DNA from: Epithemia pelagica
Taxonomy: Eukaryota > Protista > Bacillariophyta
Length of the DNA stretch: 64,000 nt
Reading direction: 5' to 3'
NCBI GenBank assembly: GCA_946965045.2
Contig: OX337235.1
Coordinates: forward strand, 1,860,001-1,924,000
Shown here: positions 37,103 through 48,446 of the stretch, piece after piece
Numbering within the stretch: position 1 is the first letter of the stretch
Layout: each line of letters starts with the position of its first letter
Made by a program: the position numbers and the translations under genes
The notes under the pieces: generated by a model
What the model was told of the DNA's origin: nothing
Seen by the model: the letters and a program-made list of their open reading frames with translations, nothing else
Databases searched by the model: none

Positions 37103-38974
37103 TCAGGAAACCTTCATGGCCGTCATGATCCAACCAAACAGTTGGTATGTCAAAACTCCAACGGTTGTTCCTACGGCATACCCAACCACCCCCCAAAATG
37201 TCGCAGCATAGGTCAGTCCTTTTACTGCCACAGTCCGTGGCATGCGTCCACAAAACGCCGCAGCCGTGGCGGGTCCGCCCACGGCCGCATTCGATGCGAC
37301 CAAAACTTCATCCAAGGAAATGACAGTGTGATGCCTTTTCTTTCCCCTCCAAGGACGCTGCAAAAGTGCCCATGACCAGGATCCGAACATGGTGACAAAA
37401 CAGTGAACGGAAAGGGCCAAGAGGGACACCACCAAACAAGGTAATCCAGTTTGGAGCCAAGCCACTTGGGTGGTGGTCACTAGCGTGGTGGCCGACTCGG
37501 TAATGCTGCTTCCTAGACAAGAAAACAGCGAGAGCAAGGAAATCTGGGAAAGTGGACGAGCGATTTGTGGCACTCCACCTTCACGGTACCATTTTTTCCA
37601 CCGAGGAGGTAAGGGAGAGTTGGAATGTTGGATCCCAGCGGTGAGAAGAGCAATCACGGCACATGACAACCCTGGAATCACGCAGGACAATTGACGTTCC
37701 ACCCAGGATGCGAACCGAACGATTACCAAGGCCGTGGAACATCCTACAACGATTGCCTGTGTTTTACCAAAAATTCCATAGCGGTTTGAGCTTTGCCTCA
37801 CAGGGTTCTCGACGAACGATACTTGAGGGTTGGAAGGTAGTGCCTCATTCATTTCAATTTCAGTGGGCGGTACTTGTTCTCTCGTTGTTGTAGAGGCATT
37901 CGCAAAAGAAAAAAGTTTTCTTAAAGTTGTCGAGCTGTGGGTGGAAGAGAGGAGGGTGAAATAGGTCGCCATAACGACGAGGTTGGTGGTAGCCATGGCT
38001 CCGATCAATGCCGTGGTCGTCGCCTTGGACGCCGCATAGGAAGCTCGAATCACATTGGCGGTGGAAAAGAAGTTTACCGAACCACCAATAAATGCCGCCG
38101 TGAGACAAGAAAGAGCAATCCGCGCTTGATTCGGGGGCAACAACCAACTCGATGCCGTGATAGCGGCCGCACTGCCACTGGCAGCAACACTTGGCAGGGC
38201 ATAATAGCAGCAGAGGCCAAATGTTAAGATGCCACCCAAAAAGGACCCAATACATGCCAAAACAAAGGGCACTGTCAGACGCTGAATGGCATTCGAAATG
38301 GATTCAGAATCCTCGTCCTGGTTCTGGTCTTTTATCCCCAGCTCTGATGAGCTGCTTTTGCTAGTCAAGGAGGACTGATGGTTGTTTTCTTGACCAAGGG
38401 AAAGAAGTAGGAGGGCCAATGAGGCAGGAAGGAAGGTATTCCAACACCAGTGACTAAGTATGGTCGAGGGTGGACAAACGAGTGCACTGACCGTCAAGGT
38501 AACCTTGATGCCCGAGTCGGGAAGTACGTTTTGATCCAAAACGTATCCCAATAGAGCTGCGCCTATCCAGGTGGAGAAAATGGAGGCGGTTTCCAATGCT
38601 GAAGTGGTCGGAGCCAGTGATATCGCGGTTGATGATGAGAGACGATTGGCCCCTGGCGTAGAATGGCCATGTCCCAAGCTTTTACCCTTGTCCGTAGACT
38701 TCACAATCCCATTGTTGATCCCGCTTAACATGAAACGTCTCGTTGCCGCACGTGGGGCGCTTGGCATCATGAACATTGTTGTGGTCTCCGAGATGGATGT
38801 CCTTCTTTTCAGTTCCGTAGAGTGGAAAGAGGTTATGGAGAAATCGGAAGCAAATGATGCCGAAGTTGGTATTGTAGCATGTAACATTACCAACAGCAAC
38901 ATGAATGCTATCTTCTGGAACACATGGTGGTTTTTATGCTGACGATGGTGGTGATTTTTGGTCGTCCATTGCAT
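37103..38974 (-). CDS. DUF819-like multi-pass membrane protein, paralogue 1
   Basis: FLPASLALLLL, FIGGSVNFF and VASNAAVGGPATAAAF motifs, many TM helices, N-terminal signal-like segment. Likely start ATG 38974. Confidence 0.8.
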   Translation of the reverse strand: MQWTTKNHHHRQHKNHHVFQKIAFMLLLVMLHATIPTSASFASDFSITSFHSTELKRRTSISETTTMFMMPSAPRAATRRFMLSGINNGIVKSTDKGKSLGHGHSTPGANRLSSSTAISLAPTTSALETASIFSTWIGAALLGYVLDQNVLPDSGIKVTLTVSALVCPPSTILSHWCWNTFLPASLALLLLSLGQENNHQSSLTSKSSSSELGIKDQNQDEDSESISNAIQRLTVPFVLACIGSFLGGILTFGLCCYYALPSVAASGSAAAITASSWLLPPNQARIALSCLTAAFIGGSVNFFSTANVIRASYAASKATTTALIGAMATTNLVVMATYFTLLSSTHSSTTLRKLFSFANASTTTREQVPPTEIEMNEALPSNPQVSFVENPVRQSSNRYGIFGKTQAIVVGCSTALVIVRFASWVERQLSCVIPGLSCAVIALLTAGIQHSNSPLPPRWKKWYREGGVPQIARPLSQISLLSLFSCLGSSITESATTLVTTTQVAWLQTGLPCLVVSLLALSVHCFVTMFGSWSWALLQRPWRGKKRHHTVISLDEVLVASNAAVGGPATAAAFCGRMPRTVAVKGLTYAATFWGVVGYAVGTTVGVLTYQLFGWIMTAMKVS

Positions 38975-39546
38975 CGACGCTAGTAATTCAAAAGTCAACG
39001 GTGGAGACAACATTCAAACAAGATCTGTCTGTAGTTTTTGGAACAACAACCGCAACGACAGTAATTTACACAACGAGAAGCAGAGAAGAGGTTCATTGCC
39101 GATGAACATGCGATACATCGGACATCAGATGAGAGAATGAGAAGCACGATGGCGAATGCGTACTGAAAGGAGAACTTCTTTTTGTACTCTCCAGCGTCAC
39201 ATATGAATAGCGTATAGATCGCTTTAAACATAGCTATTGACCACAAAGTTTATGTTCTCGAGGATCGACTCCTTCATGGGACTTGGGAGCGCTTGGGCGT
39301 AGTAATATATCGCGACCCTTCCGCGTATGATGCTTTTTGCATCTAGCTACCACATCTATCGAGCACAGACACTGAGCCATTCCTTTAGCTCAACAAAACC
39401 AATCCGTGCGGGCCGGCCGGATTTGGTTTTGGAAAATGTGCCTAAACGCCGTCCTTAGGCCGTTCCTTGATCTTCTGCTAAAACAAAAGTTGGAGCGTGA
39501 CACGTCACAAAAACCCGGAAATATGGCGTCAAATCCGGGTTCGACG

Positions 39547-39611
39547 CTGTTTCAGCTTTTGAGGCTGCAAAAGTTGGGTCCAACTTTTGCAGGCCGGCAA
39601 AAGCTGAACAG
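39547..39611. repeat. 65-bp nested inverted repeat (hairpin)
   Basis: CTGCAAAAGTTGG (39565-39577) pairs perfectly with CCAACTTTTGCAG (39580-39592). The outer arms CTGTTTCAGCTTTTG and CAAAAGCTGAACAG also pair. Confidence 0.85.
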
Positions 39612-39749
39612 ACATTAGGGATAGTGCTTTCTTCTTGCTAGTGTACATTGGGCCCTACAGAAACAAAAATGACGGTTAAGGATTTGAACGGCGCGCGTTC
39701 GACTCCAACGGTCCCCCTAACCTCAATGAAGAGGAAGCTCCTAATGTCT

Positions 39750-40331
39750 GGGTAAGCCGATCCATGTTCGGCTAAGTAGGTTCAGTACAAAAGCTACGTA
39801 GCGTACATAAAATCCCATAGTACACGTCATACCTGAAATGGTGGGAAGTCCGAAAAAATGCAAAAACACTCCACGATGACGGCGAGATCCGTTGATGCCG
39901 CATGCATTTACCGATGCATCGCATCAACATCCTACTACTGTAAGTTGTTTGAGTTTGCTAGTATTACTGTGTTCTGCAGCTACAGAAGATTTGTCGCGTT
40001 GGATCAAAAGGTATACTGGTGATGTAATCCAAAAACCTTCCTAACTCATTTATTTCTCAACGGTGACTGAATCAAATTGAAACCATAGTTGCTCTAGTAT
40101 TCAAGAGTATTATTCTAAAAGTGATTCAGTTAGGCTCAATTATCCATGAAGTTATTGCCATGGGGGTGATTTCTTCGACCATTGTCGAGTGATGGTTTCC
40201 GGATTGCATTGTTTCTCGTGGCAGCAAGTTTTCGATTTGTGACCATTCGCCCCACTTGTTACAGTGATGAAAATAGTACTACGTAGCTTAATGTACTGAG
40301 CCTACTTAGCCGAACATGGATCGGCTTACCC
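39750..40331. mobile_element. Non-autonomous TIR element (about 582 bp), no TSD found
   Basis: TIRs of about 52 bp, GGGTAAGCCGATCCATGTTCGGCTAAGTAGG(T/C)TCAGTACA..AGCTACGTAG, at both ends; non-coding interior. Confidence 0.75.
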
Positions 40332-41396
40332 CACGTACGCCACGGGGTACTGAAAACAGGTATTTGGTACTCTACTACAGAGGATTTGGCACGTGCCAAC
40401 TTTCGACTCTAAGAAAAATAGTATCACAATAAAAACTATAGGTCAATGTGTACGAGTAGAGAGAGCAGTGATGCAGAAAAGTGAGCTCGATGTTTTTCGT
40501 TTTGTTGCGATGATCGACGCGGAGCAAACTTTGATGCCTGCTCATTCTCCACCTTGTCGTTGTCTTCTGCAAGCAGCTTATGCTTCCCGAGCTATCCATT
40601 GGGACTTGGGGCTTGGGCTGCAAAATGGAAAGCTCTCATGAGCTTTTCATCTTGCAGGGCACTCGCAAAAGCACTGATCACCCGTGCTGGCTCAGCGGGC
40701 CTTTCAAACATGCCTACCACTACTCCCCGAAATAAGAGAAGATGCTATGGTCCGATGGGTAAACGCTTCTACAAAGTTGCTCTAAACATACCTATCCATA
40801 GAACTGTCGAATCGTTTACCCATTGCTAAAGTAGAACTTTCATTACACACCATCTTCATTCGAGGAAAAAGCAATTCGGACAAGCAAACATGGCGTAGGT
40901 TACACGATCGTTTACGATTGTTGTTTCAGAGGCCCGCCGCACGCGCAACAACCTAGCGCTTTGATAACATTATAAACTGTACGTCCTTGAACAAAATAAT
41001 ACTACAGTACCGTTCACCGGTCTTGGGGTACGTGCCCAGCCCTTACTTTGATAATTTAGGCTGTAAATAATCAAAGTGAATATGGGGACTATTGGGGGCC
41101 TTAGGGGAAAAAGTGCTTTGGTTTTGTAAATAATGCCAAAGGAGGGCGTGTCGCGCAATTGTCTACAAAAAGGTGATGCCATGTGTCGATTTTTGTTTTT
41201 GCAGAATATCAAGGAACGGCCTTACGCATTCGCAAAACAAATCCAAAAGACCACACCTGTCCCCCATCCTGACCCCCATCCTCCCCCACTCTTCACTTAG
41301 AAAAATTGTATACTAAAACTATTGGGTACTAAGGAAGCGACCTTTTATGCAAGAATACCGTTAGAGTCGAACGCCCGCCCATCATGTCGAACGCCC

Positions 41397-41506
41397 AAAA
41401 TACGCGCATGATAGTGACTCGAAAAAAAAATTGTGTCTATCTCATGCCTCAAGCTTAGAGGCCTAAACTATCGCTAAATTTCGCCCAATACCATAGCCAT
41501 ATTTTG
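41397..41506 (-). repeat. 3' LTR of element 3 (110 bp)
   Basis: Matches 48337-48446 with 2 mismatches. Confidence 0.9.
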
Positions 41507-41649
41507 GTCCCCTCACAGTTCTACCGCTCATTAGTGGGGTAACTGTGCCTTTCTCCATCAATCATTCCATCTAGACCTGCTTAGAGTCCCAAATATCAAG
41601 TAGGGTGCAGGACGTACCCAGTCCCAACATCTGTTGGCGGGAAACGCAC

Positions 41650-44600
41650 TCAAAATAAGATCATCGAAGCCAACCGTGTTCTCTCTGTTCCTGTTTGAAT
41701 CTTAGTAAGAAGATCAGCAAGGTTAGTCTTAGACGGTTCATAGGCAATTCGACACATTCCTGAAGCAACATTCTCACGAACAAAATGATATGCGATTGAA
41801 TTTGACTTCTTCTTCAAACTTGATTTGGGAATTGTACTGTTATGAACAACAGACATATTATCGACCCGAATATGTGCATGACCATCCAAAGGTACGCCCA
41901 TCATCCTTAATTTGTATCGTAGACCCTTGATCATTTCGATACCGACTTTGAGGGCCATATACTCTGAACCAAACGTTGATGTCTCAATACTTGTTTGTTT
42001 CTTGCTGTACCAACTCACTGGAGCACGATTCAGATATATCAGTATCCCTGTTCTTGATCTCCGAGTTGCCAAATCTCCAGCATGATCTGAATCAACAAAC
42101 ACTGTCATCTGGACTGGGTTCCCAAGAGGTTCTGGTGCGTCTGTTGGCAAGTCTTCTCTCGCATTCGGGTAAAATCCCGACCAGTCAGAGGTAATCTCTT
42201 CCCCATGTTGTATATAAGAGGGGTCCAACACTAGTCTTGAGCGATCATGCAAATTCAAATACGCAAAAACATGCAGCATAGCATGGACGTGACCCTCTCT
42301 GGGTCCTGCCAAGAAAGCCGCCAACATGGAGACTTCTGCAGTAATGTCGATCCTGCCCAGTTCAACCAACCATCTTAGGACACCGATTTGCTGCTGGTAA
42401 AACGAATGCCAGTCTTGGTTACAATATGCACTTGTATCCAGTTCAGGACGATATCCAGTCGGTAAGACACTAGGGGCTCTTGTTTTCAAACTGAGACCTC
42501 TTTCTTCTAACCAAATCTTGACGTTGCGTATCGCTTCGGTAGCGTACCGTTTTGAACTAAGGGCCCAACAACGCTTACTCACATCTCCGTCGATGTCAAA
42601 GGTTTCGACTTGGTTACCAAGATATATCTTGGGTTCTCCGATAGAGCTCGGTTTCAACAGGTAGTGTTGATCAATCATATTCAGGATATCTTTACCTCGA
42701 TGCGAAATCACTAGCACATCATCAATATAGATGAAGACAAGTTCGTAGTATTTCGTCCCATCTTCCTTCGTCGAGGCTCGGAGGTAAACGTCAGGGTCTG
42801 CCCGACAAGGTCGGAATCCCAAAGATTCTTGGAGCGTCGTAGAAAGGTGCTCTCGCCATGCAAACGCGCTTGTCTTTAGACCATATAGCGCTTTTGTTAT
42901 AATTGCATAGCGACCTTTGTTCTCCTTCCCAAATTCTAGCCCACACTTGGTGCAGACTTTCTCATGACAAGGGGCATTGAGATATGCCCCGGCTATATCA
43001 GCGGCTGTGACATCAATTCCATTTAGCGCCGCAAGGAGGAACCCGATTCGGACACTTTCCCGACTGACAACACTAGCGTATGTTGGTGTTTCTGGTTCTT
43101 GGGTACGATGACCACCAGCAACATATCTTGCCTTTCTTGTGAAATCCATTTTAATGTCAAAAACGATATGGCAAGGTATGATCTGGTGTCCGGCCGGATG
43201 AGGGGCTCCTTCCTCCAATATTTTGACAGGGGGAAAGATCTTTGACATTTCAAGTTTCAAAGCTTTCGCCCAGAAGTCAGTCCCTGTTTCTTTGTCTATC
43301 TCCAGGGCTCTTTCGACCGTCTTCGGCAGTTCTATTCCGTATTTCTGCCACTTCCTCATATACCGTGTCGTGGAGACAGCCTTAATCAATCTGGCGCGCC
43401 TTTTCAACGTGAATCCTACCCACCAGTTAAAAGCAGGTTCTTTGTCAAGAAGGTTGGCTGTTGCGTATTCCGCTACTTCAAGGGGATATGACTCTTTCAA
43501 GTCCTTCAACATCTCCCATGACGTAGTTCCGTCCTTCCATTGGATGCAAAGTTGCCAACCTCTCGTTGTCCTTTTCTTATGCTCACGACCATTGTGAAAG
43601 AAAGTTCCCTCGGAAATTGGGACTGCCGTGGCATCTTTGCGGTGATCTATGATTTGATCGATCAACTTAAAGCGATTACCGTCGTCATCCAGTTGTTCGT
43701 AGATGTTTTCCGCGATTAAATTTGCCGCATAGGACTCGACATGTCCATCTTGAAACTCTACTTCATACATTGAAGTGTCAAGGTAAGGATTCGTCGATGA
43801 TTGGCCAATCGGGTTCCCATCAGCATCCCGCTTTCTTCTAATTACTTGGCCTGCTCTCTTCGAGTCCCCTAAAGGGAGCATTACTTTTGCCGAGATGAGC
43901 TTGTCGAAAGCGTCAAGTTTATAGGAGTCTGCTTCTGGGACACGTACGTCCCCTTGCTTTTCGTCTTCATAAGCCTCATATAAGGGTGTGTCGTGACCGA
44001 ATTCATCTGGATCTTCATCCTCTTGTGGAGCCACGCCCTCAATACGATCGCCCAAGGCTTCCTTCAATTCACTGTCGAACTGTTCTTTCTGTGCAGTGAA
44101 TGAGGGGTCGTGCGATTTTTCAAACGACAGAGGCCAAACGGATGTACGATGGACCACTTTCCCTTTTGAGGTCAGGATCTTTGAACTCATCGCTTGTCCT
44201 ACCGTCTTACTTGGGCCTAACCATCGGCCGAGTTTCCGATTCTCAAAACCCGGGTTGGAGTACCAAACGGGTTCGTACCACGTGTACTCAACCAGGTGAG
44301 AAATGTCCGGAGTATCTCCCGTTAATGTCTTTATCGGTGGACCATCATCGAAGGGACCAGAGGAGAAAGCTGTGTTCGAGCGCCTCTCAGCAACCAGTTG
44401 GAGACAATGGTCCCATAGGACTGCTGGGGCGTTGGTCCTTCTCATTTCTCTTCTATATGCACGCTTCAATTCACGTATATTAGCTTCAGCGAGATTTTGG
44501 TTCGGAGTCCATGCCTCGATGGGCCTTATGCGACAACCAAACTTCTGCGCTGTCTTTTTGAATTTGCCACTGGTTAGTTCCGGGGCATTATCTGGGACAA

Positions 44601-46408
44601 CACTGTTGAAAATCCCAAAGTCACTGAACACTTTCTCGAGCGTCGTATGGGCGTCCTTCTTTCTTTCCAAAGGGTAGTAAGTCTACTTTAATAGCTGAGG
44701 GTGGACGAGGAGGAGCTAGGGTGTGAGGAGTGGCTAAACTCCGAGAAGGGCAATAGCGACGAGGAGTGGACTGCCCCTGTGAGATCCGCATAAGCGGATC
44801 GAGGGGGCAGTCCACGACGAGAAGCTATTGCCCGACGAGGAGTTAAGCCACGAGGAGCGCCCTGCGACGAGGAGTCCCCCGGGGCTATTAAAGTATGTTA
44901 GCTTCCTTTGTCACGAGGAGTCGTGCCAGCGCACCCTAGGTAATTTTCGGTCTTCCTAAGTGATCGGTTCTCTGAATGGATACTTAGTCGTCGTGAGCCT
45001 AATTAGTTTTATACAATTAAGCTTGCCCTACTTTTGATAAGGCACTAGGTAATTTTAATTTTTTTTAAATAACCGCGTCACTTAAATGACCTCATCCGAT
45101 TATATCGGATGATTTATAACGCTTTATGTCTAAGTATCATTTGTCTCACAATTATTGGATGCCAATCAAACTCCGAGACATGCTTGTTGCATAAATAGGG
45201 TGACAGAATACTTAGATCTTCCATCCCCCACTCCTCTCGCGACCCGACCACGATCGACACAAGACAAAACATAACACAGCAGCATGCACCAACACAATGG
45301 GAACTCCTACACAACACTAGAATAAAAAATCGAAGTACAGTAATTTTTGGGGCTTAGGTAGTGGGAGTGTGGGGAGTGACTTACTCCTCAGTGAGTGCTC
45401 AGTGAGTGGGAAAGGGTAGGACGACGAGTGATAAAGGTAGAAATGTACCCAACCAAAATCACTCGCATAAATTTGACCACAGGTGTTTTGGCCCAACGAT
45501 TTAGTGTCAGAAAAGAGGGTGTCAGTATAAACATCCGCTCTTAATCGCCGATGCTTCAGTTGGTAGGCGGTATGTTTCAACCTCTTACTACCAACTCCTT
45601 GGGAGAAGTCTCGCACTCCTAATTGGGTCGTCGATTGGAAAGTCTTTTCTGCCACAGATAGGCCGATTCCCCAACGAGATGACAACGCGATTGGGTCGAC
45701 GGTCCCCTTTCTCCTATGGCTCGTTTCTGCAACCACTCTTGAGTTGATCCAAACCATTTTAGCCATTCGGTCATTGATTGACCTTGATCCTTTCCTTCTG
45801 ACCATATCTTGTTGAACGTCCTGTCTGAGCTTCCTTTCATCGACATCACTTTCAGTCGAGTCATTAGGCGCCCATTGAGGATTATCATTGGTCATTTCGA
45901 TCCTATAAGCTGGATCTATATTTGCCACTTCTTCCCATGTTGGCTTTCTCACGGTGAATCCACTAATCACCCCTTTCAAGTCCAATGGTATCTTGAGTTT
46001 GCTTTCATCTCCGTTGACTGGGGCTATCACAGCATGTGATTCACTTGTTCTCTGTTCCGGTTTGATATACTTGAGAGGTATATCATTCACAATAACACCG
46101 GCTTCTCTCATTTGATTTGGGTTAAGCAAACATTTATCCATCATTGGAAGATACAACGCCTGATGAAAGTACAGAAGGTACGTTTCGCCAGAGTCTTGAT
46201 CATCGTACGCGAGTATACCCGTGATTACCGGGGTCTCCTTTATCTTGCCAAGTTGTGAAGAGAATCCACTCACTTCGGCCTTGTCCGTTTCATATAAGAC
46301 CAAACAAGTGTTACCAAGACAGCATGTATCAGCATGACTGTCCAGCTCACAATTTGCCGTCTTCACAGCAATCTCGCTCGCAACTGCATTCACTTCTCGG
46401 GGATCATA
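41650..46408 (-). pseudogene. pol of element 3 (PR-IN-RT-RNH), interrupted by the 758-bp insert
   Basis: ELDSHADTCC, VYTDT, VPDNAPEL, DIAGAYLNA, YIDDVL, VFVDSDHAGD, NLADLLTK. Removing 44678-45435 plus one TSD restores GWVHFYPLERKKDAH in frame. Confidence 0.93.
44678..45435. mobile_element. 758-bp non-coding nested insertion (solo-LTR-like or non-autonomous structured element)
   Basis: 5-bp TSD GGTAG (44673-44677, 45436-45440). No TIR and no ORF. 212-nt fold-back at 44684-44895. TATA-like CATAAATA at about 45190 and AATAAA at about 45324 on the + strand. Confidence 0.9.
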
Positions 46409-47905
46409 TCAGATGTCCCTCTTTCCTTTCTTCCTTTGGCTCATGATCGCTCCAACGCTTAGTTCTTTCTCATTCTGGTCGTTGGAGTCACCTGTCGTCT
46501 CAGAATTGTCGTCGGTAGTGGAAGTACCACTACTATCATGGCCTTTTCTCTTGTTCTTATTGTTTATGTGAATGGCCGCAGCAGACCTCTTCTTTGTACT
46601 GCTGTTGGCAGCGTCCCTTGCTTCTCGGACCATTTGCTGCTGTTCTTTGGATAATTTAATCCACTTTCTGAACGGGTAATATTTATTGGGGTCAAATCCT
46701 TTGGTTGGAGTCTGGTATCCGTTATTGCGCTTGTTTCCATTGCCGCCATTCTTGTTAGACTGAATGGACGAGATCCGTGCTTTTCTTGTGGTGGCACTAT
46801 ACGACACTTTGCTGTCAAGGACTTCAGCAAGATAGTTCGAAGCCACCTCGAAGTTTGCCCTCAAAGCAGGAGTGGCCAATATCGTATTCTTAGCACTCTC
46901 CAACCTGGAATCAGCGACCCCTAAGAGTAAAACTCTCACTTTTCTTTCATTACTGACCACTTCGCCTGTAGACTCAAGGTCCGTAAAGGCCCTTTGAAGT
47001 GACTCAATATACCTTTCGTAGGTATAGTTCCTTTTTGTTCCATCATAATAGGTCGATTCAAGCACTTGATCAGCCTTTGCACGCAATCGAGATTGGAAAG
47101 CATCACCAAAGTAATGACTTTTCAAAGCGATGTATGCTCCTCTTCCATCCCGGCTTCTGCTGAAGGCTTGGACCCAACCCCATCCGGGGCCATCATGAGT
47201 TATGTGACGTATGACGTCCCATACTGCTTCCTTGTCAGCAACTGCTGTGGCACCAGTGAGTGGTGCACGTCGAATGAGTTCTCGCAAGTATGTAGGAGAT
47301 CCGAGTCCTGGGTCAAGATTGATAGGTGGAGGAGTCGGCATCGAACGAGTATAAGCTGCCAACGGAATCATAGTCACACCTCTCTTTCTTTCCAAGTAGT
47401 CGTCCAAATCCTCCAGGACAACTCGGATATTCACGACATTCGACAACTTTTCCGGAAGTTCGATGTCATTATCGTACTCGTCATCTGCTTCTTTCAAACG
47501 GTAAAGATTCTGTACCGTGTCCAAGGTTGCTGCTCCTGGGCTAAACGTACGGCCAACTTTGGTCAAGTACTGAACGAAATAGCCAAACATTTTCAACCGT
47601 TTCTCCAAGACATGTCCGACTAAAACTCCTGGGTTCATAATCGTCGCGGGGATACCAGCAACAGGATTGGCAGCATCATAGGCAGGGTTAGGGATCGTTC
47701 CACCTGGCTTTCTTGCGTTAGCACAGATTTCAGCGATGTCCTCTTCCTTGAGCCCGCGGAAATCGCCAACGGATGTAAGGCCCTGTGAATTAAGGGCATC
47801 TCGGACTGCCTGTTGTCCAATCAAGAGAGTGTTTTCCATGTATCCATTCAGTTCTTGAAGGAGCTCTTGAGCGGTCGGTGGAGCAGGAGGAGCAGGTTCG
47901 GCCAT
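46409..47905 (-). CDS. gag: gag of element 3 (498 aa, intact)
   Basis: CoDi-type gag (GWGWVQAFSRSRDGRGAYIALKSHYFG, YDGTKRNYTYERY). Ends at a TGA in frame with pol. Confidence 0.9.
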   Translation of the reverse strand: MAEPAPPAPPTAQELLQELNGYMENTLLIGQQAVRDALNSQGLTSVGDFRGLKEEDIAEICANARKPGGTIPNPAYDAANPVAGIPATIMNPGVLVGHVLEKRLKMFGYFVQYLTKVGRTFSPGAATLDTVQNLYRLKEADDEYDNDIELPEKLSNVVNIRVVLEDLDDYLERKRGVTMIPLAAYTRSMPTPPPINLDPGLGSPTYLRELIRRAPLTGATAVADKEAVWDVIRHITHDGPGWGWVQAFSRSRDGRGAYIALKSHYFGDAFQSRLRAKADQVLESTYYDGTKRNYTYERYIESLQRAFTDLESTGEVVSNERKVRVLLLGVADSRLESAKNTILATPALRANFEVASNYLAEVLDSKVSYSATTRKARISSIQSNKNGGNGNKRNNGYQTPTKGFDPNKYYPFRKWIKLSKEQQQMVREARDAANSSTKKRSAAAIHINNKNKRKGHDSSGTSTTDDNSETTGDSNDQNEKELSVGAIMSQRKKGKRDI

Positions 47906-48336
47906 GGTTGGTTCTTGTTCTTACTAGCTTTTCAATGCAAGGTGCAATTGGGACTTTCACGTATTCGGAAGTGTGTTAGAACTTCCAGTCACATTGACCG
48001 GTCACTTACTCATTTGGGCGATTCATAGGTAGAAAGCATGCACAGCTGCATCGTCGGTTCATGTTCTATTTATAGAATATTCATGACCGCATAGCAGGCT
48101 TTGTCTTGTCAACGGCCAAGACCGGCGCGTCCGCCATTGCCCCAGATGTGCGCACTCGCAGACTACATCTGTAAACTAGTCCGGTCCAAACCCCGTTGCA
48201 GGCCGGATATTCAACGAGACTAGTAGACGACATCTTTAGTCGACCTTTGGGCGGATCGGTATTACTACGATCCAGATATTCCAGGCCATTGTGCCATAGC
48301 TTTACCGTAATCGCAGAGTCTTGGGTCTGATAAACC

Positions 48337-48446
48337 AAAATACGCGCATGATAGTGACTCGAAAATAAAATTGTGTCTATCTCATGCCTCAAGCTTAGAG
48401 GCCTAAACTATCGCTAAATTTCGCCCAATACCAAAGCCATATTTTG
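48337..48446 (-). repeat. 5' LTR of element 3 (110 bp)
   Basis: On the minus strand it begins CAAAATATGG and ends GCGTATTTT, followed by the PBS-like tract. Confidence 0.9.

Larger units (their letters stand above)
41397..48446 (-). mobile_element. Ty1/copia LTR retrotransposon (CoDi, Blackbeard-like gag), element 3, with a nested insertion
   Basis: 110-bp LTRs 41397-41506 and 48337-48446. TSD CGCCC (41392-41396, 48447-48451). PPT GAGGGGAC (minus strand) abuts the 3' LTR. PBS-like GGTTTATCAGACCCAAG (48336-48320). Confidence 0.93.

Noticed and set aside
39670-39706. tRNA-like A/B-box fragments (GGTTAAGG...GTTCGACTCC)
   Set aside because: Spacing is too short for an anticodon arm, and there is no acceptor stem or cloverleaf.
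40375-40960. Broken minus-strand reading frame (MFACPNC..., MFERPAEPARVISAF...)
   Set aside because: Several stops and no identifiable family; possibly a gene remnant, but unsupported.
41624-41637. CCAACA-TC-TGTTGG palindrome and TGTTGG at 48459 as canonical LTR starts for element 3
   Set aside because: The sequences after these TG motifs do not match each other; the TSD, PPT and shared 110 bp define different boundaries.
45385-45391. CTGAGGA (hammerhead CUGANGA-like core) on the minus strand of the nested insert
   Set aside because: No downstream GAAA or compatible three-stem junction, so a retrozyme or hammerhead call is not supported.
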